Shown here piece by piece: positions 37,879 through 46,964 of a stretch of DNA of 64,000 nt; positions within the stretch are counted from its first letter, which is position 1, and every line of letters begins with the position of its first letter. Both the position numbers and the translations under genes were made by a program. The stretch lies in the NCBI GenBank assembly GCA_026413945.1, contig JAOAJX010000002.1:123090-187089 (forward strand), given 5' to 3'. Under the pieces are notes generated by a model, which was given only the letters and a program-made list of their open reading frames with translations, was not told the DNA's origin and ran no database searches. Source of the DNA: Candidatus Iainarchaeum sp. (GTDB lineage Archaea; Iainarchaeota; Iainarchaeia; Iainarchaeales; DTGL01).

Positions 37879-38340
37879 TTAATCAGCTCCCTTAAAAATT
37901 AAAAAGAATATTAATGTTAGCCCGCAGCAAACCTCGAGCCCAACAAAGAAATTCATTAATGGGATAACACCTGCGCTACTGAAGATTCCAGAATTTGGAC
38001 CGAAAGGTACCTTTTCGCCAAATAAAACCCCACTATTTGCCAAAAAATTAAAGAAAAATGTATTGCCCATACCTAAGAAAGCAATGCCTATAAAGCCAAT
38101 TAATGCAATGCATTCCAAAGCAACGAGTACTTCTCCTTTAATGCTTTCAATTGCCTTCTTTCCTAAACTTACAAAAAGCAGTGCAAAGGCAGTTGCCATT
38201 ATTGCACCACCCTGAAAACCACCGCCTGGCGTAAGATGGCCATGTGCAATTACATAAATACCAAAGGTTATAATCGGAACCATTAACCCCAACGCAGCAA
38301 ATTCAATTATTTTTGAATTCTTCTCGTTTTCCGCGTGCAA
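37879..38340 (-). CDS. mbhF: MbhF, MrpB-like subunit
   Basis: HGHLTPGGGFQGG; GLEV; GGAGG RBS before the TTG at 38340. Confidence 0.9.
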   Translation of the reverse strand: MHAENEKNSKIIEFAALGLMVPIITFGIYVIAHGHLTPGGGFQGGAIMATAFALLFVSLGKKAIESIKGEVLVALECIALIGFIGIAFLGMGNTFFFNFLANSGVLFGEKVPFGPNSGIFSSAGVIPLMNFFVGLEVCCGLTLIFFLIFKGAD

Positions 38341-38341
38341 T

Positions 38342-38599
38342 TCACTTCCTCCTAAATAAAAGGAAAACACCACTCACTGCAGCAAATAGCACAGTAGATT
38401 CTCCAAGTGTATCGAAGCCACGATAGTCAAACACTACTGCTGACACGACATTATTGCAAGCGGCCTCTTTCTGCGAATTTTCTATGATATAGTGATCCAT
38501 TGATGTTCTTTGTGGAGAGCCAAAAGGCCTTAGCATCAACATTGCAAAAACGAAAAAAAAAGCGAATATCGAAAAGAACACAAGCTTAAGTTGTTTCAT
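38342..38599 (-). CDS. mbhE: MbhE subunit
   Basis: NVVSAVVFDYRGFDTLGE. Confidence 0.9.
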   Translation of the reverse strand: MKQLKLVFFSIFAFFFVFAMLMLRPFGSPQRTSMDHYIIENSQKEAACNNVVSAVVFDYRGFDTLGESTVLFAAVSGVFLLFRRK

Positions 38600-38832
38600 T
38601 TTTCCACCCTTGAAGTATGTTTTATCGCTAGCACAAAAATTGCTGTGCTAAGACAGGCACCAACTGCCGCTTCGGTTATAGCAACATCTGGTGCCTGCAA
38701 GAGATAATATTGCAGTGCCAAAAGCAAACTCATTACTGCAAGAAACGCTGTGCTTATGAGCAAGTCTTTTACTTTCACAGCAAGCGCAGCACTAAGAACT
38801 ATTAGCATCAGTGAAAGTGACTCAATAATCAT
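38596..38832 (-). CDS. mbhD: MbhD subunit (DUF4040-like)
   Basis: LQAPDVAITEAAVG. Confidence 0.9.
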   Translation of the reverse strand: MIIESLSLMLIVLSAALAVKVKDLLISTAFLAVMSLLLALQYYLLQAPDVAITEAAVGACLSTAIFVLAIKHTSRVEK

Positions 38833-39161
38833 TCCTTCACCTTCGCAAGTGCGTCATCGAATGCTAACTTCGGCTTTAGGCCTGATTTATAAGCGGCCCT
38901 TGTTATAGCATGTGAGCCTGTTGCACTACCTATGAAAAGAAAAATAAGCGCTAAGAAGGAATGCAACCCAAGTGAAAATAGACCATTGGCAATTGCATAA
39001 AGTATGACACCAAATATGATGCCCATTGCACCAAAGGTTGTGCAAAGTGTTCCAGCATGTGCTCTGGCGTATGCATCAGGGAATCTGTGGAGGCCTATTG
39101 CTCCAAGCAAATGAAATATAAAACCAAGTGCGAGCAATGCAATAACAAGCCCAGCCATCAT
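38829..39161 (-). CDS. mbhC: MbhC, MrpG-like subunit
   Basis: GLHRFPDAYARAHA; SHAITRAAY. Confidence 0.9.
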   Translation of the reverse strand: MMAGLVIALLALGFIFHLLGAIGLHRFPDAYARAHAGTLCTTFGAMGIIFGVILYAIANGLFSLGLHSFLALIFLFIGSATGSHAITRAAYKSGLKPKLAFDDALAKVKE

Positions 39162-39421
39162 TTTTTCACCATGTAATTTGCAAAGTAAAGCGTGCTTCCA
39201 AAGGAAAATATAGAGTAAACTATGGCTACGTCAACAAATATTGAATGCCGGTAGTATGCTGCTAACAGAATTAATGCACACACAACAATAGTGGTTGCTA
39301 CATCTAAGCTAATAACCCTATCAGCAATTGTCGGCCCTAGTGCAATTCGCAAAATTGCGATCGCCAAAGGCAGCATTAAAGATATTGCTGCTGAAAGCAA
39401 AATGAGCTCCAAAGCAATCAT
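39158..39421 (-). CDS. mbhB: MbhB, MrpF-like subunit
   Basis: GPTIADRVISLD; DVAIVY. Confidence 0.9.
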   Translation of the reverse strand: MIALELILLSAAISLMLPLAIAILRIALGPTIADRVISLDVATTIVVCALILLAAYYRHSIFVDVAIVYSIFSFGSTLYFANYMVKK

Positions 39422-39957
39422 GAAGCAATCCTCCGAATCCATTTGTGAAAGTTTCCGCAGACATCTTCAATTTTCGGCTTTGGACCTTTAGAATTAAGAC
39501 AGTGGATATAAAGCTTTCCATTACGCTCATCAAGAGTTAGTGTGCCAGGAGTCAGAGTTATTGAATTTCCAAGCAAAACCAATGCAATGCTGTTCTTAAG
39601 CTTTGGTTCTATTTCCACAATTGCTGTCTTAGTTTTACCAGTTATAACAATGTATGCAACAGTAAGATTTGCTTTTATAAGAGCAAAAAGAAATGGACCC
39701 AACACATAAACACAAAAGACGAACCATCTAAAAGGATTTAAATATTTTAACTGGAAATTTATATCCAGTCTCATTAGAATTAAGTTCGCTATCAGCGATG
39801 GAAATAATGAAAAAATAGGGCCTAAAATCAATGATTCTGCACTCCATAAAATAATATTTCCCGAGAAAGCTGTTAGAAATAACCAAAAAGCCAAAGATAA
39901 GAGGTAAAAAAATACAAAAAATTTCAAGATCTCACCAGGCGTTTTAAAATTTTTCAT
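39418..39957 (-). CDS. mbhA: MbhA, MrpE-like subunit
   Basis: KANLTVA; NSITLTPGTLT; LYIHCL. Confidence 0.9.
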   Translation of the reverse strand: MKNFKTPGEILKFFVFFYLLSLAFWLFLTAFSGNIILWSAESLILGPIFSLFPSLIANLILMRLDINFQLKYLNPFRWFVFCVYVLGPFLFALIKANLTVAYIVITGKTKTAIVEIEPKLKNSIALVLLGNSITLTPGTLTLDERNGKLYIHCLNSKGPKPKIEDVCGNFHKWIRRIAS

Positions 39958-40017
39958 TTTGGCGCCATATTTACGATTTTATAGAAGCAATTAAGCCAGG
40001 TAATCTTTTTATTTTTT

Positions 40018-40992
40018 TTGTGGTGTATTGTGGTAATGGAAAAAGGAGCTAAGCTTGTTTTCGCAACTGCACTAGTAAGTGGCGTTAGCATATTCTTGAA
40101 TTCTGTGGCAGTAAATACCCTAAAAGTTGAAGGAATGAATTCTTTGATATTTACTACACTAAATAATCTGCTTGTTGCGATAATGCTTGGGTTAGCTATA
40201 TTAATGTTGGGAAAAAAACCATGTATAATATTTGAGAGAAAGCTTCTGTCGAGATTCATAGTAATAGGCCTGATAGGTGGTTGTCTGCCCTTCTTCATGT
40301 ATTTTCACGCCCTTTCGCTTATTACATCACCAGCACAAGCCGGCTTTATACACAAAACCCTTTTTATATGGGCAACATTCTTTGCAATTTTTCTGATAAA
40401 AGAGAGGGTTAACATTTGGTTTTTTGTTGCTAGTTTGCTGCTATTGGCAGGCAATTATTTTATGAGTATGCCAAAAGCCGTGTTTGGCTTCGCGGAAGCG
40501 CTTGCATTAGGCGCAACAATTCTTTGGGCCCTTGAAAATGTAATAGCAAGAAAAATGCTTATAAAAGAAAAGATTGGCGGCCTTGACTTAGCTTTTGCAA
40601 GGATGTTTTATGGATCAATCTTTATGGTCATTGGATTGCTTATATTTATGCCAGCAACGGTGTTCTCACCAAAAATTGGTTATAGTGCACTCATGTGGTT
40701 AGTAATAACAGCATTGATGTTATTGCTATACGTCTCAACATACTATAGTGGCTTAAAGCACATAGAGGTTCATAAGGCAACAAGCATTCTTCTGATAGAA
40801 CAGCCCATAACTTTATTACTCTCATTTGCTTTTGAACAAACAACAGCATCTACATTAAGGCAAAGTGATGTTATAAGTGATGTTATTGGCGCTAGTTTAA
40901 TATTGTTTGGAATTTTTGCTCTTTTCAGTGCTTCTCATTTGATTGGCAAAGTAATTCACAAGGTGCCTATGTGGGTAAAATCGAAGCATTAA
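40018..40992 (+). CDS. EamA/DMT-family transporter
   Basis: About 10 TM helices in two EamA-like halves; FIHKTLF; ATILWALE; divergent from the mbh operon. Confidence 0.82.
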   Translation: MWCIVVMEKGAKLVFATALVSGVSIFLNSVAVNTLKVEGMNSLIFTTLNNLLVAIMLGLAILMLGKKPCIIFERKLLSRFIVIGLIGGCLPFFMYFHALSLITSPAQAGFIHKTLFIWATFFAIFLIKERVNIWFFVASLLLLAGNYFMSMPKAVFGFAEALALGATILWALENVIARKMLIKEKIGGLDLAFARMFYGSIFMVIGLLIFMPATVFSPKIGYSALMWLVITALMLLLYVSTYYSGLKHIEVHKATSILLIEQPITLLLSFAFEQTTASTLRQSDVISDVIGASLILFGIFALFSASHLIGKVIHKVPMWVKSKH

Positions 40993-41693
40993 GCAGGGCA
41001 TGCAAATATGCCCTTGCGCCAAACAAATTGGGCTATTGTGGTAAATGCGATTATAGTGAAATTTACATTTCATTTTTAAAAAACCCAAAACAAGAAGATG
41101 TGCCAAAAATAGAAGAATCATTAAAATCATTCAGGGCAATGTATTCATACCTTAAGCTCATAGCAGAATACAACAACGTTAACCCATTCTCTGAAAAAGC
41201 AATTGAGGCCTACTGGCTTGGGAACTCTTTGCTCGACAACGTGCCTGTTGAAGCTGTAAAAAGCCTTATAAAAAACGATTTCATTGAAATACCACTTAAA
41301 CAAAGAGAGATGAAAGCCGATTTCTTGAAAAAAAAAGTTTTGTTGCAGCACTCATTCCATGTCCTTTATATAAACTTTCTCAACCCCAGATTAAAGCCAA
41401 TAGCAAAAAATATGGATAATTGCATAGTAAAATATGGTAAAGTTTTAGAAATTTGGAAAGACAAAGTCAAGACGAAAAGTATGGCGCTTAGTTACAACTT
41501 GGGCGAAATTAAAGTTATGGAGAAAGTGCTTTCTTTTGAAAACCCTTATAGATATGATCTTAAAAAAGGTGATCTTGTATCAGCACATTGGGGCAACATA
41601 ATCGAAAAAATAGATAAGATTGGCAAGAGCAAAATAAAAGAATCTACATTTAGCAATCTTGCACTTGCAAACTCATATTTGGGGCATTTTTGA
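40971..41693 (+). CDS. DUF6390-like protein
   Basis: YALAPNKLGYCG; YSYLKLIA; EAYWLGN; HSFHV; DNC; GDLVSAHWG. Confidence 0.78.
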   Translation: MGKIEALSRACKYALAPNKLGYCGKCDYSEIYISFLKNPKQEDVPKIEESLKSFRAMYSYLKLIAEYNNVNPFSEKAIEAYWLGNSLLDNVPVEAVKSLIKNDFIEIPLKQREMKADFLKKKVLLQHSFHVLYINFLNPRLKPIAKNMDNCIVKYGKVLEIWKDKVKTKSMALSYNLGEIKVMEKVLSFENPYRYDLKKGDLVSAHWGNIIEKIDKIGKSKIKESTFSNLALANSYLGHF

Positions 41694-42290
41694 TGATTTT
41701 TGTGATCTATTTTCTATTCTGAGATACTTTTTGTGGCATTGCCTTATCCTTGCAACGGCCACTTTTTTTGGTCTAAAGCCCTTAACTTTAACCCATTTCT
41801 TTGGCTCAAGCTCTTTGTATTTCTCGAAGAAGTGCGATATTCTTTTCTTTAGATGGTCATCAAGATCAGATATATCTTTTATTTTTTCGTAAGTTGGATC
41901 TATTTTGCTTATTGGAACAGCAATTATTTTATTGTCAAGACCATTTTCATCTTCAGTTACAAGGACCCCAATAGGCCTTACTCTTATTACACAGCCAGGC
42001 ATAATAATTTCCTCGCATATGACCATAATGTCTATTGGATCATTGTCGTTCTCAAGGGTTTCTGGTATAAATCCATAATTAAATGGATAAGTCATAGCAG
42101 TGTAAAGGAATCTGCTAACAGACATTATACCGCTTTTCTTGTGAACTTCATACTTAACATTGCTGTTTTTTGGTATCTCTATTACAGCATTAATCTCATT
42201 TGGGGCAGTATTGCCAATGCTATAGCGAGTCATAAAACCACTAAACGCTTTATTGCGGTTCTTAGGCCGCCCATCTATCTTCATAGCCAA
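41673..42290 (-). CDS. ppa: Soluble inorganic pyrophosphatase (family I)
   Basis: IEIPK..KYE; YPFNYGFIP; DNDPID; FFEKYKELE. ATG at 42233 is a likely start. Confidence 0.95.
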   Translation of the reverse strand: MAMKIDGRPKNRNKAFSGFMTRYSIGNTAPNEINAVIEIPKNSNVKYEVHKKSGIMSVSRFLYTAMTYPFNYGFIPETLENDNDPIDIMVICEEIIMPGCVIRVRPIGVLVTEDENGLDNKIIAVPISKIDPTYEKIKDISDLDDHLKKRISHFFEKYKELEPKKWVKVKGFRPKKVAVARIRQCHKKYLRIENRSQKSSKMPQI

Positions 42291-42382
42291 AGCTCAGGGT
42301 CATCGTCAGATCCTCATCGAACCGCACTAATATATTTGTAGAGTTTTCCTTTAAAGTATATGCGCTTGCATTGCTTTAATAC

Positions 42383-42712
42383 TCATATTTCTAAGTATTT
42401 ATTGACGAAGTTAGTCATATTGAGAAAATAGGCCGCTTCTTTGCCGGTCAAGCGACCTTTTGCCAAGAGCATTAGTATTCTTTTTGATTCGTCTTTAATT
42501 CTATCGACCTGCCCACGCTCAAGATAACCTTTAGCTGCAAAACCATCTACAATTCTTAAAAGTAATTTTGCCCTATCTGCAGCCATTTTTTTAAGTTCTG
42601 CTGGCCTCTTAGCAACTGGCCTGAGGCTTGGGAATAAACTTTCCATTCCTGCTGGTTTTTGGTTTGTTCTCTTTTTTAGCCGTTTTTGAGGCTTTTTAAT
42701 TGGCTTCGACAT
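42383..42712 (-). CDS. Small basic hypothetical protein, paralog of 42741
   Basis: Basic Pro-containing N-terminus; helical domain KG.L..I.DE..IL..L..EA..FL..N. Confidence 0.6.
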   Translation of the reverse strand: MSKPIKKPQKRLKKRTNQKPAGMESLFPSLRPVAKRPAELKKMAADRAKLLLRIVDGFAAKGYLERGQVDRIKDESKRILMLLAKGRLTGKEAAYFLNMTNFVNKYLEI

Positions 42713-42740
42713 ACTAAAATATTTTTAGCATAACTTAAAA

Positions 42741-43139
42741 TCATTTTTGTTTTCTTTGACTCATAAGGAATCGATTTGCGGAATACAAAAAACGCATTGC
42801 TTCTTCGTTGCTAAGCAATTCATTTCGGTATTTGTGCAAAATGTCATCCATTTCCTTTAAGAGCTTCTCTGCAAGCTCTTTGCTGATAAGGCCTTTTTCA
42901 ACAAGGCGCGGAATCATATTTTTTATCCTTATGGCTGTGTTTGCTGCAGCCCTTGTCGGTGTTGTGCGCAAGGGCCTTCTTATTGGTGGCCTTTCCACAA
43001 TATGAACTCTTCTATTTACAATAGCACCATTAAAACTATTGGTTCTTTGTGCTGTCTGCAATGATGCTTGTGCAACAGCAGCTAGGCTGCTTTGAGGCAA
43101 TCGCCGAGAACCTCGGTAACGCATTCCTGCCATAACCAA
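42741..43139 (-). CDS. Small basic hypothetical protein, paralog of 42383
   Basis: Arg-rich N-terminus; same C-terminal helical pattern. Confidence 0.6.
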   Translation of the reverse strand: MVMAGMRYRGSRRLPQSSLAAVAQASLQTAQRTNSFNGAIVNRRVHIVERPPIRRPLRTTPTRAAANTAIRIKNMIPRLVEKGLISKELAEKLLKEMDDILHKYRNELLSNEEAMRFLYSANRFLMSQRKQK

Positions 43140-43168
43140 CTAAACGCTTTGAGGTTAATAAATTTTTG

Positions 43169-43864
43169 CTAAACTAGGCCAACTGCCTCTAGGATGAGTT
43201 TTTTTTCTTCTAGATTCCTAAAAACAAAATCTGCACCTGCTGCTTTTAGCTCATCCGCAGAAAAGTCGCCTGTGAGAACACCGCAAGCAATTGCGCCTAC
43301 ACTCTTCGCAGCAATCATGTCCCTCTGTGTGTCTCCAAAAAGGAAAACCTTTGAATCATTTTTGATCAGTTTTTCTTTCAAGGCTTTTCTGATGGCTATT
43401 CTAGCAAGTTCGTTTCTTTCCATACTATCAGTTCCAAAAGCACCAAATGAGAAATATTTGGCCAAACCTGCTTTCTTAAGCTTGCCCCAGCCAATGGGCT
43501 CAAGGTTTCCAGTTACGATGGCCAAAAAAACGTCATCTCTGCTAGAAAGAAAATCTAGAAGCTCCTTGGCACCGGGAGTGGGCTTTATAGTATCTTTTAA
43601 AACATGCTTATTGAACTCCTTGACCATGAACTCAACACATTTAGGGAATTTTGCTTTTATTTCACATTCGCTAAGGCCAACTTTTTTTAATACATTTAAA
43701 ACAATCTGCAGATCCGTCATGCCTCTGTGATCTATTATATCAACAGTTGTTTTCACGCCATAAACTTTTTCAAATGCGCCATGAAAAGCTTTTCTGTGGA
43801 CATTTACTCCAAAAGTTAGCGTTTTATCGATATCAAAAAGTAATAGCTTTTTATCGGTCGCCAT
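43169..43864 (-). CDS. HAD-family hydrolase (phosphoglycolate phosphatase-like)
   Basis: FDIDKTL; VTGN; GDTQRD. Confidence 0.9.
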   Translation of the reverse strand: MATDKKLLLFDIDKTLTFGVNVHRKAFHGAFEKVYGVKTTVDIIDHRGMTDLQIVLNVLKKVGLSECEIKAKFPKCVEFMVKEFNKHVLKDTIKPTPGAKELLDFLSSRDDVFLAIVTGNLEPIGWGKLKKAGLAKYFSFGAFGTDSMERNELARIAIRKALKEKLIKNDSKVFLFGDTQRDMIAAKSVGAIACGVLTGDFSADELKAAGADFVFRNLEEKKLILEAVGLV

Positions 43865-43876
43865 GGTAAGACCACA

Positions 43877-44359
43877 TTAATTCATAATCCAAACGTAATA
43901 GTTTAAAATCATTGCAAATGTAACCCAAGCAAGATATGGCAAAAGCAGCATGGCTGCCTTAAATGATATCCTTGAAAAAACATTTATTGTCAGTACTATT
44001 GAAAGCCACATAAGTATTATGCAAATAAGCCCTAAAAAAGGCGACTCGAGGCCAAAGAAAAGCAAAGACCATAGAATGTTCAAAAAAAGCTGAACAGCAA
44101 AAACATAAAGAGCCAGTTTAAGCTTTTCTTTTTTTGTGTTTGATTCAAGCACTAAGTAGAGAGATATGCCCATAAGGGTGTAAAGTGTTGACCAGGCAGG
44201 CCCAAAGACCCAATTGGGCGGTGTAAAAGAGGGTTTTTCAAGGTAAGCGTACCAGCCAGCAATCTGTGGGTAAGTGAATATTGAACCAAAAAGGCCAGCT
44301 AATTGGCACAAAAAAATGCAACCAAAAAGCCTAAGAAATTTTATTTGCCTAAGAGACAT
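43877..44359 (-). CDS. tspO: TspO/MBR tryptophan-rich sensory protein
   Basis: WYAYLEKPSFTPPNWVFGPAW; LNILWS; PYLAWVTFA. Confidence 0.95.
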   Translation of the reverse strand: MSLRQIKFLRLFGCIFLCQLAGLFGSIFTYPQIAGWYAYLEKPSFTPPNWVFGPAWSTLYTLMGISLYLVLESNTKKEKLKLALYVFAVQLFLNILWSLLFFGLESPFLGLICIILMWLSIVLTINVFSRISFKAAMLLLPYLAWVTFAMILNYYVWIMN

Positions 44360-44412
44360 ATTTCAATTTTGTGGTTGATAATAATTTAAAGTTATGCTGG
44401 AAATTTAGATCA

Positions 44413-44625
44413 TTAAAAAGCTCTCTTATGCAGCCTTAGTATCTCCTGCGCTTCTTTTTCACTTAATTTGGCCACAACCATCTTGTATTGCACGAGCACC
44501 CAGTCACCTATCTTTGCCTTAGCCATTGTGTTATCCGCTTCCCTCTTTTCATTTCCGTAATCAACTAAAGCTCTTTTTCCTTTCTGGCTCAGGGCTACAA
44601 CACGACCTGGATATGCAAGGCACAA
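44413..44625 (-). CDS. hypC: HypC/HupF-family hydrogenase chaperone (atypical)
   Basis: MCLAYPGRVV; GDWVLVQ (usual His replaced by Gln); EKEAQE. Confidence 0.85.
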   Translation of the reverse strand: MCLAYPGRVVALSQKGKRALVDYGNEKREADNTMAKAKIGDWVLVQYKMVVAKLSEKEAQEILRLHKRAF

Positions 44626-44680
44626 TTAAACCACTTATATTGCAATATACAAATTTGTTTTTAATATTTGCCATTTATTA

Positions 44681-45595
44681 TTGGTTTTTATGTTAGTGCT
44701 TATAAGAGGACTAATAGAGCTTATGAGGCCACTGGAATGGAGCAAATCATTAGGCAACATGATCGTGGCTATTGTGTTCGCTGGCTTCCTTTACAATATA
44801 AGTTTTGATTTCATTTTATTTGCTAAAGGAGCTATCGCTCTATTTTTTTTCTGGTCTGGTCTTTATGCATTGAATGATTACACTGACAGGCATGATGATG
44901 CATCACATCCTTTTAAGAAACACAGGCCAATACCTTCAGGAAAAGTTAGTGCAAACTTTGCTTTATTGTTTTCTATATTGCTTATAGTCGCTGCTTTTGC
45001 AATTGCAATAACAATAAACAATCTTCTAGCAATATGCCTAAGCGCCATGTTGATAAACCATTTGCTTTACACGATGAGGCCATTTGAATTCAAGAGAAGA
45101 GCTTTTGTTGATCTAATATCCGGCTCACTAATAAATCCTCTTTTTCGGTTTTATTCTGGCTGGGTGCTCTTTGTGCCTAACTTAAGTGCACCACTTTTGC
45201 CATTAATAATGATTACGAGTTTTCAGTTTGGCGGATACGGTATTTATAGAATGATGTCTGCTAGTTTTGAAGAACAAAAAGGCTACAAAAGTACCATAGT
45301 GCTTTTTGGTCCAAAAATAAAAAAGCTTTTTTACGCAAGCATAGTTGTTGGCGGCATAACATATTTTTTGGCATGTTTTAATAGCGTAATAGGTATTAAA
45401 GAGCTTGGATTTCTACCTATGCGCTACCTTTGGCTGGTAATATGCTCTTTGCCATTATTACCATTATACAGGCCAGTCCTAAAAAAACCTGACAATGTAA
45501 AAACAGAAAAAAGCCACAAGAGAATATATCTTTTACTTTATTTGCATACCTTTGCCTTTTTCATTGCATTTTTCCTTTTATACTTGCTATTCTGA
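44681..45595 (+). CDS. UbiA-family prenyltransferase
   Basis: MRPLEW; NDYTDRHDDASHPFKKHRPIPSG; multiple TMs. Confidence 0.88.
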   Translation: MVFMLVLIRGLIELMRPLEWSKSLGNMIVAIVFAGFLYNISFDFILFAKGAIALFFFWSGLYALNDYTDRHDDASHPFKKHRPIPSGKVSANFALLFSILLIVAAFAIAITINNLLAICLSAMLINHLLYTMRPFEFKRRAFVDLISGSLINPLFRFYSGWVLFVPNLSAPLLPLIMITSFQFGGYGIYRMMSASFEEQKGYKSTIVLFGPKIKKLFYASIVVGGITYFLACFNSVIGIKELGFLPMRYLWLVICSLPLLPLYRPVLKKPDNVKTEKSHKRIYLLLYLHTFAFFIAFFLLYLLF

Positions 45596-45670
45596 AAAAA
45601 TTCGAAAAAGTTGTAAATATCTGTGGCTATGCCTTTGCCAGCACATGTATTACTTGACAAGAAATTGGTT

Positions 45671-45799
45671 TTACTTTGCCCTTTCTCTCAAGTAGCGGTG
45701 CTTACGCCTTCTCCGCCTATATTTTTTCTTTATCCACTTCCACCTTTGCTGGGCACGGCTTTTCTTAAAGCGCGAACTATCCTTAGAACGGGTTCCCAA
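45671..45799 (-). CDS. rpl41e: Ribosomal protein eL41 (eS32)
   Basis: RWKWIKKKYRRRRRK; GGTGA RBS before the TTG at 45799. Confidence 0.78.
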   Translation of the reverse strand: MGTRSKDSSRFKKSRAQQRWKWIKKKYRRRRRKHRYLRERAK

Positions 45800-45845
45800 G
45801 ATATCACCACAGAAATTTGCAAATTTTGCTATAGAATAAATATGA

Positions 45846-46196
45846 CTATGTTTCATTTAAAAATTTATTTGCTTGGGCTTTTTTGGCCTTTGAGCTGAAA
45901 ACCGCGTTGCAATTATCAAGTTCCGACTCCAATTGGTTGAATTCATTTAGGAAAAGTACGAGTTGCTTAAGCCAATCTTCACAGATTAAATAACAGCCAT
46001 TTACTTGGACTATAAGGCCTGCCTTTTCAAGCTCAAAAAGGGCTTTTTGAACCTTTTCAGCACTAATTCTTTCTAAATACCTCGGAATATTTTTGGCAAT
46101 AGAATGGGGGTTCATTGCGTTTGCTTTGGAAAGCAAAACTAAAATCTCCCTATAAGGAGTAACTGTTGTGTAGTAAAGATAACCCATATCCGACAT
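45846..46196 (-). CDS. Winged-helix protein
   Basis: VQKALFELEKAGLIVQVNGCY wHTH pattern. Confidence 0.6.
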   Translation of the reverse strand: MSDMGYLYYTTVTPYREILVLLSKANAMNPHSIAKNIPRYLERISAEKVQKALFELEKAGLIVQVNGCYLICEDWLKQLVLFLNEFNQLESELDNCNAVFSSKAKKAQANKFLNET

Positions 46197-46261
46197 TCAA
46201 AATAAATAGGACTCACTCATATTTAAATCTAATGTTGAGCATTTTCTGTTTAATTTTGGAT

Positions 46262-46336
46262 TGGGGCTGCTGGGATTTGAACCCAGGTTGCCAGCACCCC
46301 AAGCTGGAGTGATAGACCAGTCTACACTACAGCCCC
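46262..46336 (-). tRNA. tRNA-Pro(GGG)
   Basis: GGGGCTG/CAGCCCC acceptor; CCAGC-TT-GGG-GT-GCTGG; TTCAAAT. Confidence 0.96.
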
Positions 46337-46403
46337 TTTTCTAACAAAATAGGCACCCCAAAGAAATATAAAGGTTGAAGACATTCAATTTATTTGCGAT
46401 ATT

Positions 46404-46964
46404 ATGGAAGAAAATAGGGCAATAATAAGAAGTATAGATGCGATTGTTTTTGCTTTTAAGAAAAATAGGGCAATGGAGTTAAGGATTCTTGCAAACAATA
46501 CAGTAATCAGCGCAGTAAAGCAGAATAGCAAAATTTTTGCAGAGTTAAGTGTAGTCGCTTATGTTTTGCACAAAATACTTACTAAAGAGCACATTGCGAA
46601 AGCACGTTCTTGGCCAAGAAACAGGGCAAGAATACTTTCAAATCTCGACCGGCTGGCGCTTTACCTAAAAAGGGATGATATTGATAGATTTGAAGGTGCT
46701 ATTAATTCAATCCACTCTGATATTGACAAAATAGACAATTACTTTGGAAGATTTGTGCAAAGCACAGTTGATAAAGCAAGGATAAAGCATGCTGCTGATG
46801 CGTATTTCCTAGGGGCTTCTCTTGGGCAAGCATCAGAGTTGTTTGGTGCTGATAAAAAAACCCTTTTGGAATATATTGGTGCAACAAAGTTCTACGATAA
46901 GGAAAAGCCGCTCAAAGGCATAGGTGAAAGATTAAGCAAGTTAAAGGAAGCTATTGGTGTTTGA
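46404..46964 (+). CDS. Hypothetical protein with a UPF0175-like C-terminal HTH
   Basis: GASLGQASELFG motif; directly abuts the PIN gene. Confidence 0.6.
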   Translation: MEENRAIIRSIDAIVFAFKKNRAMELRILANNTVISAVKQNSKIFAELSVVAYVLHKILTKEHIAKARSWPRNRARILSNLDRLALYLKRDDIDRFEGAINSIHSDIDKIDNYFGRFVQSTVDKARIKHAADAYFLGASLGQASELFGADKKTLLEYIGATKFYDKEKPLKGIGERLSKLKEAIGV

